A stretch of 64,000 nt of DNA from Squalus acanthias. Its lineage: Eukaryota. A program made the position numbers and the translations under genes. The stretch spans positions 15,378,001 through 15,442,000 of the forward strand of contig CM059433.1 of assembly GCA_030390025.1 (NCBI GenBank), written 5' to 3'. Below the pieces are notes generated by a model. It did not search any database. It was not told the origin of the DNA and saw nothing but the letters and a program-made list of their open reading frames with translations. Below, piece by piece: positions 38,481 to 50,662 of the stretch; position 1 is the stretch's first letter; every line of letters begins with the position of its first letter.

Positions 38481-40279
38481 GAATACAAATTTGTCGATCA
38501 TTTCCAGTCTGCCACATCACCCAAATACATTGCTCCACACTCACTCACACACTTTCCTTTCTCTTGCAGGCCAAGGTGGCTCACAACAGGAGGGAGCAGG
38601 AGCGCCCAGGCGGGAGACAAGCCGACACCCAATGACTGTCAGTGATGGGCTCCATGGTGTGCGCAGAGCCTTGTGCAATATTGGAGGCAGACTCCTCCAC
38701 GCTCCTTACCATTGCCGAGAGGCTCTCGGGCACCCTTGCGATTGCACCTATCATCTTTGTGTGCATGCACATCACCCTTCTTCTAAAGGCCTCTCCATCG
38801 GGGTCCTCATCTGAGTCCTGTGCAGCAGAACTCGCGTGTGAACTCGCCCTCCGGGGAGCTGGCCCCTGAGCTACCCTTTCCCCCTGGCCTTGCTGCAGCC
38901 CACTCATCCCCGATGCATCACCCTGTGCAGATCCCGTTACTATACTATCCTCTAAAGAACGCGTAGTGCCAGTATCTGAGCTGGTGCCTGCGGGTGAGAC
39001 ATGCAGTGACGCAGTGTGTTCTTCCTCCTCCTCTTCTCCCGCCCCGCTCTCTACGGTGCCCTCAGGGTCAGGCTGTTCTGGTGCTTACTCATTATCTGAA
39101 AGCATAAAGGCACAAGAGTCGAGTTAGGGTGAGAGGAGGGGGGCAGGAAGGGAGAAATGCATGCATACAGCATGATTAGCTGGAAAGTGCGAAAGGCTTT
39201 TGGGATAAGGGGGAAGTGGGATGTGAGAAGAAGGAGTAGGGATGAACATACCGTTGTTGTCCCCAAGGGGGTCAACATCACCGGTGGCCACGGCGTCCCC
39301 CACCTGGTGCCCAATAATCTGCCGCACTCTTTCCTCCACTGCTGACAGTGATTGGGTGTCGGCTTGTCTCCCGCCTGTGCGCTCCTGCTCCCTCCTGTTG
39401 TGAGCCACCTTAGCCTGCAAGAGAAAGGAAAGTGTGTGAGTGAGTGTGGAGCAATGTATTTGGGTGATGTGGCTGCCATAGTTGAATAGCTATCATTGTG
39501 TGCAAGGCGTGAGATGTGAGTGTGAGTGTTGGTAGGTAGAGATTGTTGGTGGGTGAGTGCTGGGGGTGTGGTGCTTTGGACATTGTGTGAAGACTATGGT
39601 TCAGATGGTGGTATGTAGCATTTGTTGAACCATTGACTCACCCTGATCACTTGAGTGAGGTCATTAAATTTCTTCTAGCACTGTGTGTGGGTCCTGGGGA
39701 CCACAGTGCTGCTGATGATGTGCTGCGCTACCTCCCTCCACATGGTGCGGAAGACTTGTGGCAAAGGCCTCCTGCCACTTGCCAGGTAGAGCACCGTCCT
39801 CCGTCTCTCCACAGCGAACACCAACGCTTCCAATGCTTGATCGCTGAATTGAAGGCTCCCTCCCTGGGGCATGGATCTGCCATGAGTACAGCTGCTTCAG
39901 TCCTCCGGCTCCTTCTCCTTGACCTGCTGCTGCTTGCTGAGGCAGCTGCACAGCCAGCAATGCTGAGAATGAGGTTCTGCAGCATCAATGAACCACCCCT
40001 TTAAGAACTGGACTAAGAACTATTGCCTGTGGCAATCATGACTTGTGATTAGACTGCTCCTGATATTAGTTCACCCTTTGAGTGTAACACCAATGAGCTT
40101 GAGCTTAAAGACTTGAATTAGCGCTCCAATCATTTCTTTGAGCAGTGAACATGAATTTTGCGGGCCGTCGAAAGCATTAGCAGCTGGCGCTAATTCTCCA
40201 ATGTTTCTAATGATACCGCCCATTCTTGGGCTATAATGAATTTCTAGCCCAAAGAAACTACACGATCTGAAATTAAAAT

Positions 40280-40690
40280 ATAAAAACTACACCGGAATGC
40301 TAGAAGCCTTGGGAATAAATTACCGGAGTTGGATTCTTATGTAGTGGTAGAAGATCCACGGAAAACCCAGAGAAATGCTGTAAATGCTGTTTGTCCAGAG
40401 TTTAATCGGATCTTGCGCTAAAGTCATGGTGGATGATTGGGAGAAAATAATGTCGACGATCAAAGGTGTATTCTTATATAGCAATTTATTAATACGAAAT
40501 AGGCAACATGAACTTAAAAGTGGAAGATCACATCTGACAAACCTTAATTTCTTTGAGGATTTAAAAAATAAAATATATAGTTAAAACCCTTATTATTACA
40601 TAGTTTATTTTAACCACAAGAAAGTTTTTGACAAAATGCCACATGAAAGACTTTTATTTAAATGAAAGCGCCATTTTTTTGGTTGAGCCA
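40280..40690 (+). pseudogene. Ancient CR1 ORF2 remnants (endonuclease start and RT)
   Basis: NARSLGNKLPELD at about 40296; RQHELKSGRSHLTNL and VFDKMPHERLL at 40500-40660; further degenerate RT 3' sequence at about 42350-42770. Confidence 0.65.
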
Positions 40691-41079
40691 AAAAGTAGCC
40701 TATGCTTGAGTGTGCCCATGAACTAGTAGAGTGGTAGTCCAACCCTACAATGGGCTGGGGGCATGGTGGGAGGTGGGGGGGAGGGGGGGCAATTTTAAAG
40801 GGCTGCTGTACTCCAGCTTTTTTTTAATATAGGCTGTCTTAGTGGGCAGCATGGCAGGAGAAGCGTCCAATATTGTTTCCTTCATCAAAGAGACCCTGGA
40901 GATTTTAGTGAAGCTAGTGCCCCTGAAGAAAGTGTTCATTTATGGGGAAGAGGAGAACCCTCCAAATAGAACCAATATACAGCAGAATGGCAAAAGGTGA
41001 CTAAATGTAGTGAACGCTTCCGCCTCAGTGCATCACTCATGGGAGCAAATGAGAAAAAAGATCTCGGAGCTGACAGCAA

Positions 41080-41530
41080 GGGAACGGTAGCATAGTGTTT
41101 ATGTTACTGGACTAGCAATCCAGAGGCCTGGACTAATGATCCGGAGATGTGAGTTCAAAATTTCACCACGGTGGAATTTAAGTTAATGGGGAATTTAAAT
41201 TCAGTTAATTAAATAAATATGTAATAAAAATCTAGTATCAGTGACCATGTAACTGCAGGATTGTCGTAAAAACCCATCTGGTTCACTAATGGCCTTTTGG
41301 GAAGGAAATCTGCCGTCCTCACCCGGTCTGGCCTTTATGTGACTCCAGAACCACAGCAATGTGGCTGACTGTTAACTGCCCTCTGAAATGGCCTAACAAG
41401 CCACTCAGTACCTTCACCACACGGAATGCAACGGTTCAAAAAGGCGGCTCACCACCACCTTCTCAAGGGCAATTAGGGATGGGCAATAAATGCTGGCCTT
41501 GCCCACTTCCCATGAATAAATTTAAAAAAA
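41080..41530 (+). mobile_element. tRNA-derived SINE with a LINE-derived 3' tail
   Basis: A-box-like TAGCATAGTG, B-box-like GAGTTCAAA; 41410-41530 matches the 3' end of the LINE at 13-150 and 8750-8883. Confidence 0.7.
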
Positions 41531-43344
41531 ATCCAAGATAGGGAGCACTAATGGGTGCCCACGTATAGCAAGGGGATGGCTGTACTATCCATGCACCAAG
41601 CACTTAGCCCATAGTATGCTGTTATACCTGTAATGCGGCCTGCAAAGCATTGGCTCCAGCTCTTAAATATCTAAATTTGCATCTCCAATTTGGTGACTGA
41701 CAAAGGGATAGGCTTCCATTCACTCACAAAGCTCTGTCATATTTTCTCAGCAATTCCTTATTAGGTTTCTTGAACTATTTGATGCTCCATACTCATCCTT
41801 TTACATCAAGTAGAATGTAGACTGCTCATTGGGGTGACAATTATGTTACATTTCAATATTCCAGGGGACATTGTATTCCTTCTTCAAAGAAGAAGGCTGC
41901 ACATAATTATCAGCAAAGAACCTACACTGCTGGTGGATCAGCTAACCTGTCATGTCTCAGCTGCTACAAGGAGCTGATCCTTCAAAGAATTAGGCTGAGG
42001 TGGTCGAGGGAGTGAATGAGGGAGAATTTGGAAGCTTTCTGGCATTCCAACATGATGAGGGCTCACTTCAACTTTCGCTTTGGGTTAGTGCCTAACACTC
42101 AGCGACAGATCATCACATTTGCCCCTCTGTAGTGGCCTTGGTACTTGTGAGCACAGCCATTGGCTGCATAACCAATGCGAACACATGTGCTCTTTATTCA
42201 GTCTCCTCCAAGATGAGGAAACTGGACCACTAGCCTCAGCCGCTGCTCAATGCATTTTTTGATGATCCCCAATGAGTTAGTTTGGGACAGAGTTGGAGAC
42301 CCACCACACCAGAACACCATCCCAAAGAGGGGAATCCAGTCCATATAGTCAGAACAGCAGAGTACAATGCTACAGAGGTTTTGCTAAGGCTTTAAAATGC
42401 ATTATTCAGAGCAGATGGGGTGTTCTGAGTTGAATTCAAGTCACGCTACAAAAGGAACGTAAAACAAGAATAATCCCATGTATAAAGAGGATAATCTATA
42501 AGGAACCAATAGAGAAGCTCAAACTCTACATTCTAGAGATTGGATAGTTAAGGGGGACCCTCTTCAAGGTAAGTAAAGTATTTATTAATAGAGATACAGT
42601 TAAGTAAGTTAGGCAAATAGGAACAGATGCCATGCATTGTTGGAAGCAGCTATTAGGAAGAGCCTCGTTACTCAGAGAGATAGATGTTTGAAATAACCTA
42701 TTGTTAGTAGAGAAAAAGCCATTAATGGCATTCAAAAATACTGCAGACCATTTATGCAGTAATTGATTCATCTAGGAGGTGAAGTTCCTAATTTGAGCAA
42801 AGAAGTACACACCTGCACACCTCAAGTTAAGAGCCGCCCAGCAGAGCTCCAATTAGCGGCACATGAGGTAATAGGAACCGGTTTCACGCCCACGACTCTC
42901 CATGGTGAGTTCGCAATCTCATCTGTACCACCGTGGGGACTTGCCAACAAGAGGCAAGGCACTTCCGTACACAGAGGTAGAGAAAATCAGAAGACTGGTA
43001 ACCCCAGGCCACCTTTGCACGTCTCCAGTAGATGTCTACTGGATGTAAGTGGCACAAATAGGTGAGCAAGTCTCTCCCCCACCACCCCCCTCACCCCAGC
43101 TAAGAAAATTGCATGGTGTTGGAAGACCTCACGAAAGGGATGAAGGAAAAAAGTCAAATAAATGACCTAATTGTGAAGATGTTAAGCAGTAAAATATTGT
43201 AATTTTGACAATTATTTTGAAGGTTGGAAGGTTGCGTATGTTTCTAACAGCATTTGGTATCGGATTTCACTTACTTGAAAAATCAAAGTGTTTTGTTTTC
43301 ATGATTTAATTAACAGCGATGTTCATTTAATGTGAATGAACTTA

Positions 43345-44900
43345 GGGGGGTGATTTTCAGCAGCACGTTCAAGTGCTAAAGATCCTCCGAGATGGCCAAG
43401 GTGGGGTCTTCAGCTGAAAAGCCAGTTTAGCCCGCGTTTAGTGCGAGAGACGCCATCTTGGTAAAGGAATTAAAGCACACGCTAGGAACGGCCACCCGGA
43501 GGCTCAATAAGGGGCTGATTGCCAGTTAAGATGTCTGCTAGCGCTCATTGACGAGGCTGCACGGCATTTTGGTGGCTAGAGCTTGACCTAACTCCCTCTC
43601 TGAACAGCGACCAGCTGATTGGGAGTAAACAAGGCGTTGATGTGGATTTCAAGCGTCACTTAAAGGGATACTCACCTTTCACTGTTCACTTGCTTCTGGA
43701 GCTGTGAAGAGGATCTCTGAAACACATTGGGACACTGTCAAGACTTCACCAACATTCCAGCAACATTTATTCTGGAAATTCTCTGAGACTTCACCTAAAA
43801 AGAGTAAGTGCTGTGCTGCTCCATCTTATAGGAGTCACCAGGAGAAAGGGAGTGCTTGGTCGTGATGCATTTTGGGAGGACTAACAAGGCAAGGGAATAC
43901 ACAATGAATGGTAGGATCCTAGGAAGGACAGAGGATCAGAGGGACCTTGGTGTGCACGTACATAGATCCCTGAAGGCAGCAGGACAGGTAGATAAGGTGG
44001 TTAAAAAGGCATATGAGATACTTGCCTTCATTAGCCGAGGCGTAGAATATAAGAGCAGGGAGGTTATGATGGAGCTGTACACAATGCTAGTTAGGCCACA
44101 GCTGGAATACTGTATGCAGTTCTGGTTGCCACACTATAGGAAGGATGTGATTGCATTGGAGAGGGTGCAGAGGAGATTCACCAGGATCTTACCTGGGCTG
44201 GAGCACTTCAGCTATGAAGAGAGACTGGACAGGCTGGGGTTGTTTTCCTTTGAGCAGAGAAGGCTGAGGGGGGACCTGATTGAGGTGTACAAAATTATGA
44301 GGGGCATAGATAAGGTAGATAGAAAGGAACTTTTCCCCTTAGTAGAGGGGTCAATAACCAGGGAGCATAGTTTCAAGGTAAGGGGCAGGAGGTTTAGAGG
44401 GCATTTGAGGAAAAACTTTTTCACCCAGAGGGTGGTTGGAATCTGGAACTCACTGCCTGAAAGGGTGGTAGAGGCAGGAACCCTCACAACATTCAAGAAG
44501 CATTTAGATGAGCACTTGAACCGCCATAGCATACAAGGCTACGGACCAAGTGCTGGAAAATGGGATTAGAATAGATAGGGCTTGATGGCCGGCGCGGACA
44601 CGATGGGCCGAAGGGCCTCTTTCTGTGCTGTATAACTCTATAATCTATGACTCTATCTCACCAGGGGTCCCCCTTGGTCTGGATGAGGAATGGGAGGAGG
44701 ACATGAGGCCAGGCAGAGCAGCACCAGCTGCTGCAGGACAGAGGGCGAGGAGGGCAAGGTGGTGTCCTTCCCCCCTGCGGGTATAGGACAACCCTTGTCC
44801 TCTGGACCTCCTCGACCAGGACCTCCAGTGCCACGCTGAGACCCTATGCGCCCTCTCACTCCATCCCTGAGCCATCCTGCAACGTGCTGCTAAGTGCCAG
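43345..44900. mobile_element. Probable Harbinger left-end / transposase 5' remnant, LINE-interrupted
   Basis: GGGGGTGATTTT start, TTAAAGGGAT motif as found upstream of other transposase genes here; no right end found. Confidence 0.4.
43843..44657 (+). mobile_element. CR1-like LINE 3' fragment (second subfamily, open ORF2 C-terminus)
   Basis: ORF 43856-44569 (RDLGV..VRPQLEYC..RRLRGDLIE..FFTQRVV), (TGACTCTA)-like tail, possible TSD TCACCAGG (43835-43842, 44658-44665). Confidence 0.93.
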
Positions 44901-44919
44901 TCAGCGCATTCCACACCTT

Positions 44920-45342
44920 TTGTGGGTTCAAGCCCCACTCCAGAGACTTGAGCACAAAAATCTCGGCTGACCCTCCAGTGCAGTGCTGAGGGAGTGCTGC
45001 ACTGTTGGAGGTGCTGTCCTTCAGATGAGATGTTAAACCGAGGCCCCACCTGCTCTCTCAGCTGGACGTAAAGGATCCCATGGCACTTTTGAAGAAGAGC
45101 AAGGGAGTTATCCCCGGTGTCCTGGGGCCAATATTTATCCCTCAATCAACATCATTAAAACAGATTATCTGGTCATTATCGCCTTGCTGTTTGTGGGAGC
45201 TTGCTGTGCGCAATTTTGGCTGCCGCGTTTCCCACATTACAACAGTGACTGCACTTCAAAGTACTTCATTGGCTGTAAAGTGCTTTGGGACATCCGATGG
45301 TCATGATTAGCGCTGTATAAATGCAAGTCTTTCTTTTTTTTC
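44920..45342 (+). mobile_element. Deu-domain SINE, 5' truncated
   Basis: Homologous to 17426-17898 from the B box onward. Confidence 0.88.
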
Positions 45343-45399
45343 ACATATACTGCTCCACGAAAATTGTGTCCAATCAGCACTTGAGTGCTAAACCTGTAG

Positions 45400-47420
45400 A
45401 GGGGTTAAATTGGTTAGCCCCCAATAATGGGCGCGGGGATCACGATGCGTGATTAACCCGCACCCGTTCAGTGGGATGCAGGCCGCACGCCAACTCTGTG
45501 CTGCCTGCTCATTATAATGAATTCTGTGTGCAGCCAGTGATCCCCGTGCTGTTCATTGGCTGCAGTGTGCTGCGCAACAATCAACAATGGCTAACCATAG
45601 GAGAGAGCGAGCACCAAGGTTTCCAGACGCTGCACTGGAGGTCTTGGTGGAAGAGGACCTTGGCGGGGGGTGTGGGATGGGGGGGGAGGGTGGAGGGTGG
45701 GGCGGAGGCCCTCCAGACACATGCTCAGAAGGCAGCAGCAAGAGATAGCAGAGGAGGTCAATGCCAGGAGTAAAGCTCCAAGAACATGGATGCAGTGCAG
45801 GAGGAAGTTTAATGATATCACACGAGTGGTCAAGGTCAGTGAATGCATCTGCAAATGCCATATCCTATCAACTGTACCACTAGCCTCAGCCACTGCTCAA
45901 TTCACCACACCCCCATCACTCACCTACCAACAATCTCTAACAATTAGGACTCATACCTAACATTCATATGCTTCACCTCACCCTCACACACTTAGCACTG
46001 CTGCAAGCCTTAAACCCACTGACATGGAGATCTAGTTGTGTCCTTCACTAGTTCCTGTTAAAGAATGTCCTGAACAAGCTGGGCCCATGCCCGAGTATTT
46101 ATACTCTCCCTGGACAGCGCCACCAGCAGGCCACCCAGTATTGTTTCATAAGTCATTTCCACATGAATGACAAGATTCATGTCACCCACATCTCACAGCT
46201 TGCACACACTGTCAGCTATTCAACCATGACAGCTACATCACCCACACAGATTGTACGACACTCACTGACACACTTCCCTCTCTCTTGCAGGTGATGGTGT
46301 CACACAACCGGAGGCAGCAGGAACTAACTGGAGGGGGCGAGGCACACCTGCATCTCCTAACCCCATGGAGGAGACGGTGCTGGCCACTATGGGAAGGGCC
46401 ATTGCTGAGGCCATTGCCACTGGCGGGGCTGAAACCATTGAAAATGAGGGCATCCACACACCTAAACCTCCTTCTGTCATCCCACTTCTCCCTCATCCCT
46501 CCATCTGTTCTGACAGAGAAGCTGCTGATGATGTAAGCATGCACTTCCTACTTTCTCCTCTCCCCTCACCACAATCCTACCCTTGTCCCTTTTTCCTTTC
46601 AGATACCCAGGAACTGCAACCTGCCCAGGCAGTGGTGGAAGAGCAGGAAGACAGTGAAGGTGAAGACACACCGTCATTCGATTTCAAAGTCGCAGCCACC
46701 AGCTCAGATACTGACACTGCGCGAATTTTAGCGGATAGGATAGAGACAGGATCTGCACGTGGTGAGACACCGGGCACAAGTGCGCTGGAGCCAGGGCGGG
46801 GGCAAGGATAGAGCAGGTGCCAGCTCGCCAGAGGGCAAGGTCACACACTAGTTCTGCTGCTGAGGACTCAAATCAGGACTTTGGAGTCCCAGACTATAGA
46901 AGAAGGCTGATGGGTGTACACATCCAACTGCTTGGTGCACTGGAAACCCTGCCAGGAAGCCGACGTTCAATGTCAAGGAGCTTGGAGGAGTCCGGCACCA
47001 ACTTGGCACTGGGCTTTGCGCAGAGCTTGAAGCCCACCCTTTCCAACACCTATGGAACCAATTATGACGCAGCATCTGATGGCCGCTGTCTCAGCTTCCA
47101 TTGCAGCACAAGCAGCTTCCACCCAATGTCTGAGTGCGGCAGTGGAAGCTCAGGCCGCTGTCATGCAATCGCAGCTTGCTGCCATGGAAGCTCAGACTGC
47201 TGCCATCATGACTCTGGATACAAGTGTGCAAAGTGGCTTACAGGGCATCACAGAAGTCCAGCAACCTGTTCTCCAAGAGAACTGCTCCCTAAAGACCCTC
47301 TGCAGATACGGCCTCCTGCTGTGAGCCCTTCTCCCCTCCTCCTCTATCTTCTAGCAGCTTGTCCTGCTCTCCGTGGCCTCTGATCATTCTCCCAGTCATG
47401 CTCAATGGCAAGAGCAAGGC
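45400..47420. mobile_element. Harbinger copy E (second subfamily): Myb/SANT pseudogene 45587-47280 (+), transposase 5' scrap 47283-47420 (-), right end lost
   Basis: RAPRFPDAALEVLV..RTWMQCRRKFND; left end homologous to the right end of copy G; scrap homologous to 60130-60245. Confidence 0.8.
46020..46184 (-). mobile_element. 165-bp solo LTR-like insertion in Myb intron 1
   Basis: TGACATG...CATGTCA termini, perfect 5-bp TSD CCCAC (46015-46019, 46185-46189), minus-strand TATAAATA. Confidence 0.75.
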
Positions 47421-47483
47421 TTACTGTTATATTTGTGAGAAGTCGCACAACACCAGGTTATAGTCCAACAGCTTTATTTGAAA

Positions 47484-47520
47484 TCACAAGCTTTCGGAGC
47501 GCTGCTCCTTCGTCAGGTGA
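47484..47520 (-). ncRNA. Minimal hammerhead ribozyme motif (inverted arm)
   Basis: Exact reverse complement of 47645-47681. Confidence 0.7.
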
Positions 47521-47644
47521 AGTGAAGAGATACATATAGGCACAGCATATATAGGTGTGATAAAGGGCAGTTAGAAAGATTAACTGTAATCATCCGGCAG
47601 TGTTCTCTGACTATATATGCTGTGCCTATATGCATCTCTTCACT

Positions 47645-47681
47645 TCACCTGACGAAGGAGCAGCGCTCCGAAAGCTTGTGA
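47645..47681 (+). ncRNA. Minimal type I hammerhead ribozyme motif
   Basis: TCAC-CTGACGA-A-GGAGC AGC GCTCC-GAAA-GCTT-GTGA; perfect stems I and II. Confidence 0.75.
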
Positions 47682-48057
47682 TTTCAAATAAAACTGTTGG
47701 GGGGAAAAATTCAGTCGCGTCCCGTTTGGGGCGCAAATATCGTCCGGGCGCAAAAATTAGCGCCTGGCGCTAATTATCGCCACTGACTGGAAACTTCACT
47801 TTTAACGCCCCGGGAGGTGATTGGAGCGCTAAATCAGGCGCTGCACACCTGTCTTAAGGCGCAAAGGCCGAGGAGTGAGGCGCTAACTCAGAGCGCGAGC
47901 GCAGCGCAGGTGCTGCCAGTTAGCGAGGGAACACAGACACACTGGCGCCGGCCAGTTCTTAAAGGGGGGGGGCGATCTTGCTCCCCAGCCACACCCTGCT
48001 CATTGCAGCCTTGAATCTCGGCCTGGAGAGACCTGTGAATCCATTTTCCAGCCAAGG

Positions 48058-49847
48058 ATGGAGAGGGTGAGAGAACGAGCTGAGCGCTTCACCGAGCGGG
48101 CCTTGGATGCTCTGGTTGGCGCGGTGGAGCGCCGAAGACCAATACTGTACCCAGAGAGTGGCAGGAGGCCTTTGCCGCGCGACTACAGAAGAGTGTGGAG
48201 GGAGGTGGCTCAGCGCGTCTCCTCCAGGAGCATGGTGGCCAGGACCCATGTCCAATGCCGGAAAAAGTTCAACGACCTCACTCGTGTCGTCAGGGTGAGT
48301 GGCTTTTTTGCAATACCTCTCCATCCCTCCATCTCAACCTCACTCTATGGCCAGAGGGTCTTAAAACCACAATTAACAACACTCATCCAACACCTATGGC
48401 CCTCTCATGAAGCACACACACACATTCCATACTTTGCATACAGTAAGGGCTATTCACCTATGGGAGGCACATCAGGCAAGACCATGGCTGTATACAGTAA
48501 GGGCTATTCACCTATGGGAGGCACATCAGGCATGACCATGGCTGTATATTTACTCAGACGCCGTCCTTTTTCTTGCAGGCCAAGCTGGCGCATAATAGGA
48601 GACAGCAGCAACGGACGGGTGGAGGGCGGCCTCAGCTGCAACCCCTCAGCGATCTTGAGGAGCGCGTCCACAGGATTGTGGCAAGCCGGGTGATCGGTCC
48701 CGTCGCCACTGGAGACGCCGACCCCGTTCTGGACAGCAATGGTAAGGTCATCACCTTTTTGTCCTCTGTCCTTCCACTTGTCCCTCACAACACCAGCCTT
48801 TGACACTTTCAATCCAATTTACTAACTCGCTGCACTTATTCCTCCCTTACTGCCACCCCGTCCTCACGCTAAAGCCACTCTTGTACCTCCCTGCTTTCAG
48901 ATGGTGATTCACCAGCTGAGGAGACGGGCCCTGAAGCTGCCAGTGGGAGTGAAGCTGCAGCTGAGGAGGAAGAGGAAGCCGGAGCATCAGTGCCACCCTC
49001 TCCCGAGGAAGCCCATGCCGACACTGGGAACACGCCTTCCCTGGAGGGGAGCAGGGGGGAAGGGTCTGATGAGGGTGAAGCTCCAGGACCCAGTGGGCTG
49101 CAGCAACGCGCTGGGGGTAGGGAAGCTCAGGGGCCTTCTCCCCGGAGGGAGAGTATGCCAGCGAGTCCTGCTGCACTGGACGCAGAGGAGGAACGGCTGA
49201 TCGCGGAAATGAACACCCAGGCGGTGGGCATGCACACTGAGCTCATGGCTGCAGTGGGTAGGGTGCCCGAATGCATTGAAGCACTGGCAAGGAGTGTGGA
49301 GCACTTCGCTGCAGCGCAGGCGGATGCGACACTGAAGCTCAGTGCTGCAATTCAATCTCAGACTGCTCTCATGCAGACTCAGATTGAGGTCACGCGAGCA
49401 CTGACTGCTGCCATCCTCGATGGTTCATTCACATTTCCCCGGGGCTCTCACCGCGCCGCAGCAGGCCAGCAATCTGTGCTCCAGCAGATTGCTCCGGATG
49501 CTGAGGTGCTGCCCCGTGGGAGTGCCTGTGTGCCGGTCAAGCAGGGAGTTGCTGTCCTCGCTCAAGATGACAGCATTCCTGCTGCCACCACTGTCACTTC
49601 TCCACTGCAGTTGCCACCGCCTGTAGGACAGAATGCTGCCGCCCATGCAGAGTTGGTGCAGTCTGCAGCCGGGCCCTCCAGGCCCAGAACTGGTCGAGGC
49701 CGTCCCTCAAGGGCATCTGCATTGTCAGGGCCTGACAGTCAGCAGCCTTCCACCAGCCTTGCTGCAGCCACTGAGGTCCCATTGCGGAGGAGCAGTAGGG
49801 TAAGAAGGGGGGAAGGGCGCACGGGAAGGAGTTCACCCTCGATGTAG
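48058..49847 (+). CDS. Harbinger Myb/SANT-like DNA-binding protein; join(48058..48294,48579..48741,48901..49847), 448 aa
   Basis: GT-AG introns (GTGAGT..TTGCAG; GTAAGG..TTTCAG), phases 0 and 1, 1347 nt with no stop; N-terminal RFTERALDALV..WREVA..QCRKKFNDL trihelix; exon layout shared with the other copies. Confidence 0.85.
48439..48546 (+). repeat. 54-bp tandem duplication in Myb intron 1
   Basis: TACAGTAAGGGCTATTCACCTATGGGAGGCACATCAGGCA(A/T)GACCATGGCTGTA twice. Confidence 0.9.
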
Positions 49848-50158
49848 GAGGTGTGACAAAATGCTGGTCATTTTTTTATTAAAGGCCGAGGTTCGTGGTC
49901 AAACTTTTGTTGAGTGTTTTGCACATGATCTCCAGGTTGTGAGAACCAGTTATGGTAATGACTGTTTTTTTGTGTTTATTTGTATGAGTTTGTCATGAAG
50001 AAATGACACACACAGAGTTTGTAAAATAAATAAGTTTTGGTACTCAAAATATACATGTTTGGTGTTTGGAATCATTGGTGCCTTGGCCGGCTTAGGGGTT
50101 GCGTGTTGGGTTCATTCATGCTGTTCTCAATGGCAGAAGCCATTTCCACAGCAGGGGC

Positions 50159-50257
50159 CTAGAAGCGGCTTGCTATCAGCCGCTGACGGACTGCCCTTGC
50201 AGTTTCACCATTGTGGGTCGCCCTCACGCCTTGGTGCTGCTGCTGATCATCCTCCTC

Positions 50258-50288
<31 letters not shown>

Positions 50289-50662
50289 GGTGGTGCTCCA
50301 AGGTCTGGTGGCATTGGCTGGGTCCTGAGGATTGCCATGTTATGCAGCATGCAGCACACAACTACGATGTTGGAAACTCGCTCAGGCGAGTACTGCAGGG
50401 CTCCTCCAGAATGGTCGAGACAGCGGAACCATTGCTTGAGCACGCCGATTGTGTGCTCCACGATGTTCCTGGTAGCTTGATGGCTCTCGTTGTACCGCAG
50501 CTCAGCAGGGGTGTTGGGCGTATGGAGCGGTGTCATCAGCCAGGTGCTCAGTGGATACCCCTTGTCCCCAAGAAGCCAACCAACTGGCTGATGCGGTGCC
50601 TCGAAAAGTTCTGCCACAGTAGTCTGGCGCAGGACGACGCCCCCCATCAGTGCAGCCCCCAT
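50159..50662 (-). pseudogene. Harbinger transposase with a large in-frame internal deletion
   Basis: [10 protein letters not shown] fused to [29 protein letters not shown]; lacks the HTH region and the first catalytic Asp (AIDCTH). Confidence 0.9.

Larger units (their letters stand above)
38045..39883 (-). pseudogene. Harbinger Myb/SANT-like gene, rearranged
   Basis: FSDQALEALV..WREVA..; exon 2 at about 39250-39415; exon 3 interrupted at 38346-38642. Confidence 0.88.
36189..40250. mobile_element. PIF/Harbinger copy D
   Basis: GGGGGAAAAATTC / GAATTTCTAGCCC; transposase(+) and Myb(-) convergent; TSD does not match (CAT/AAA). Confidence 0.9.
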
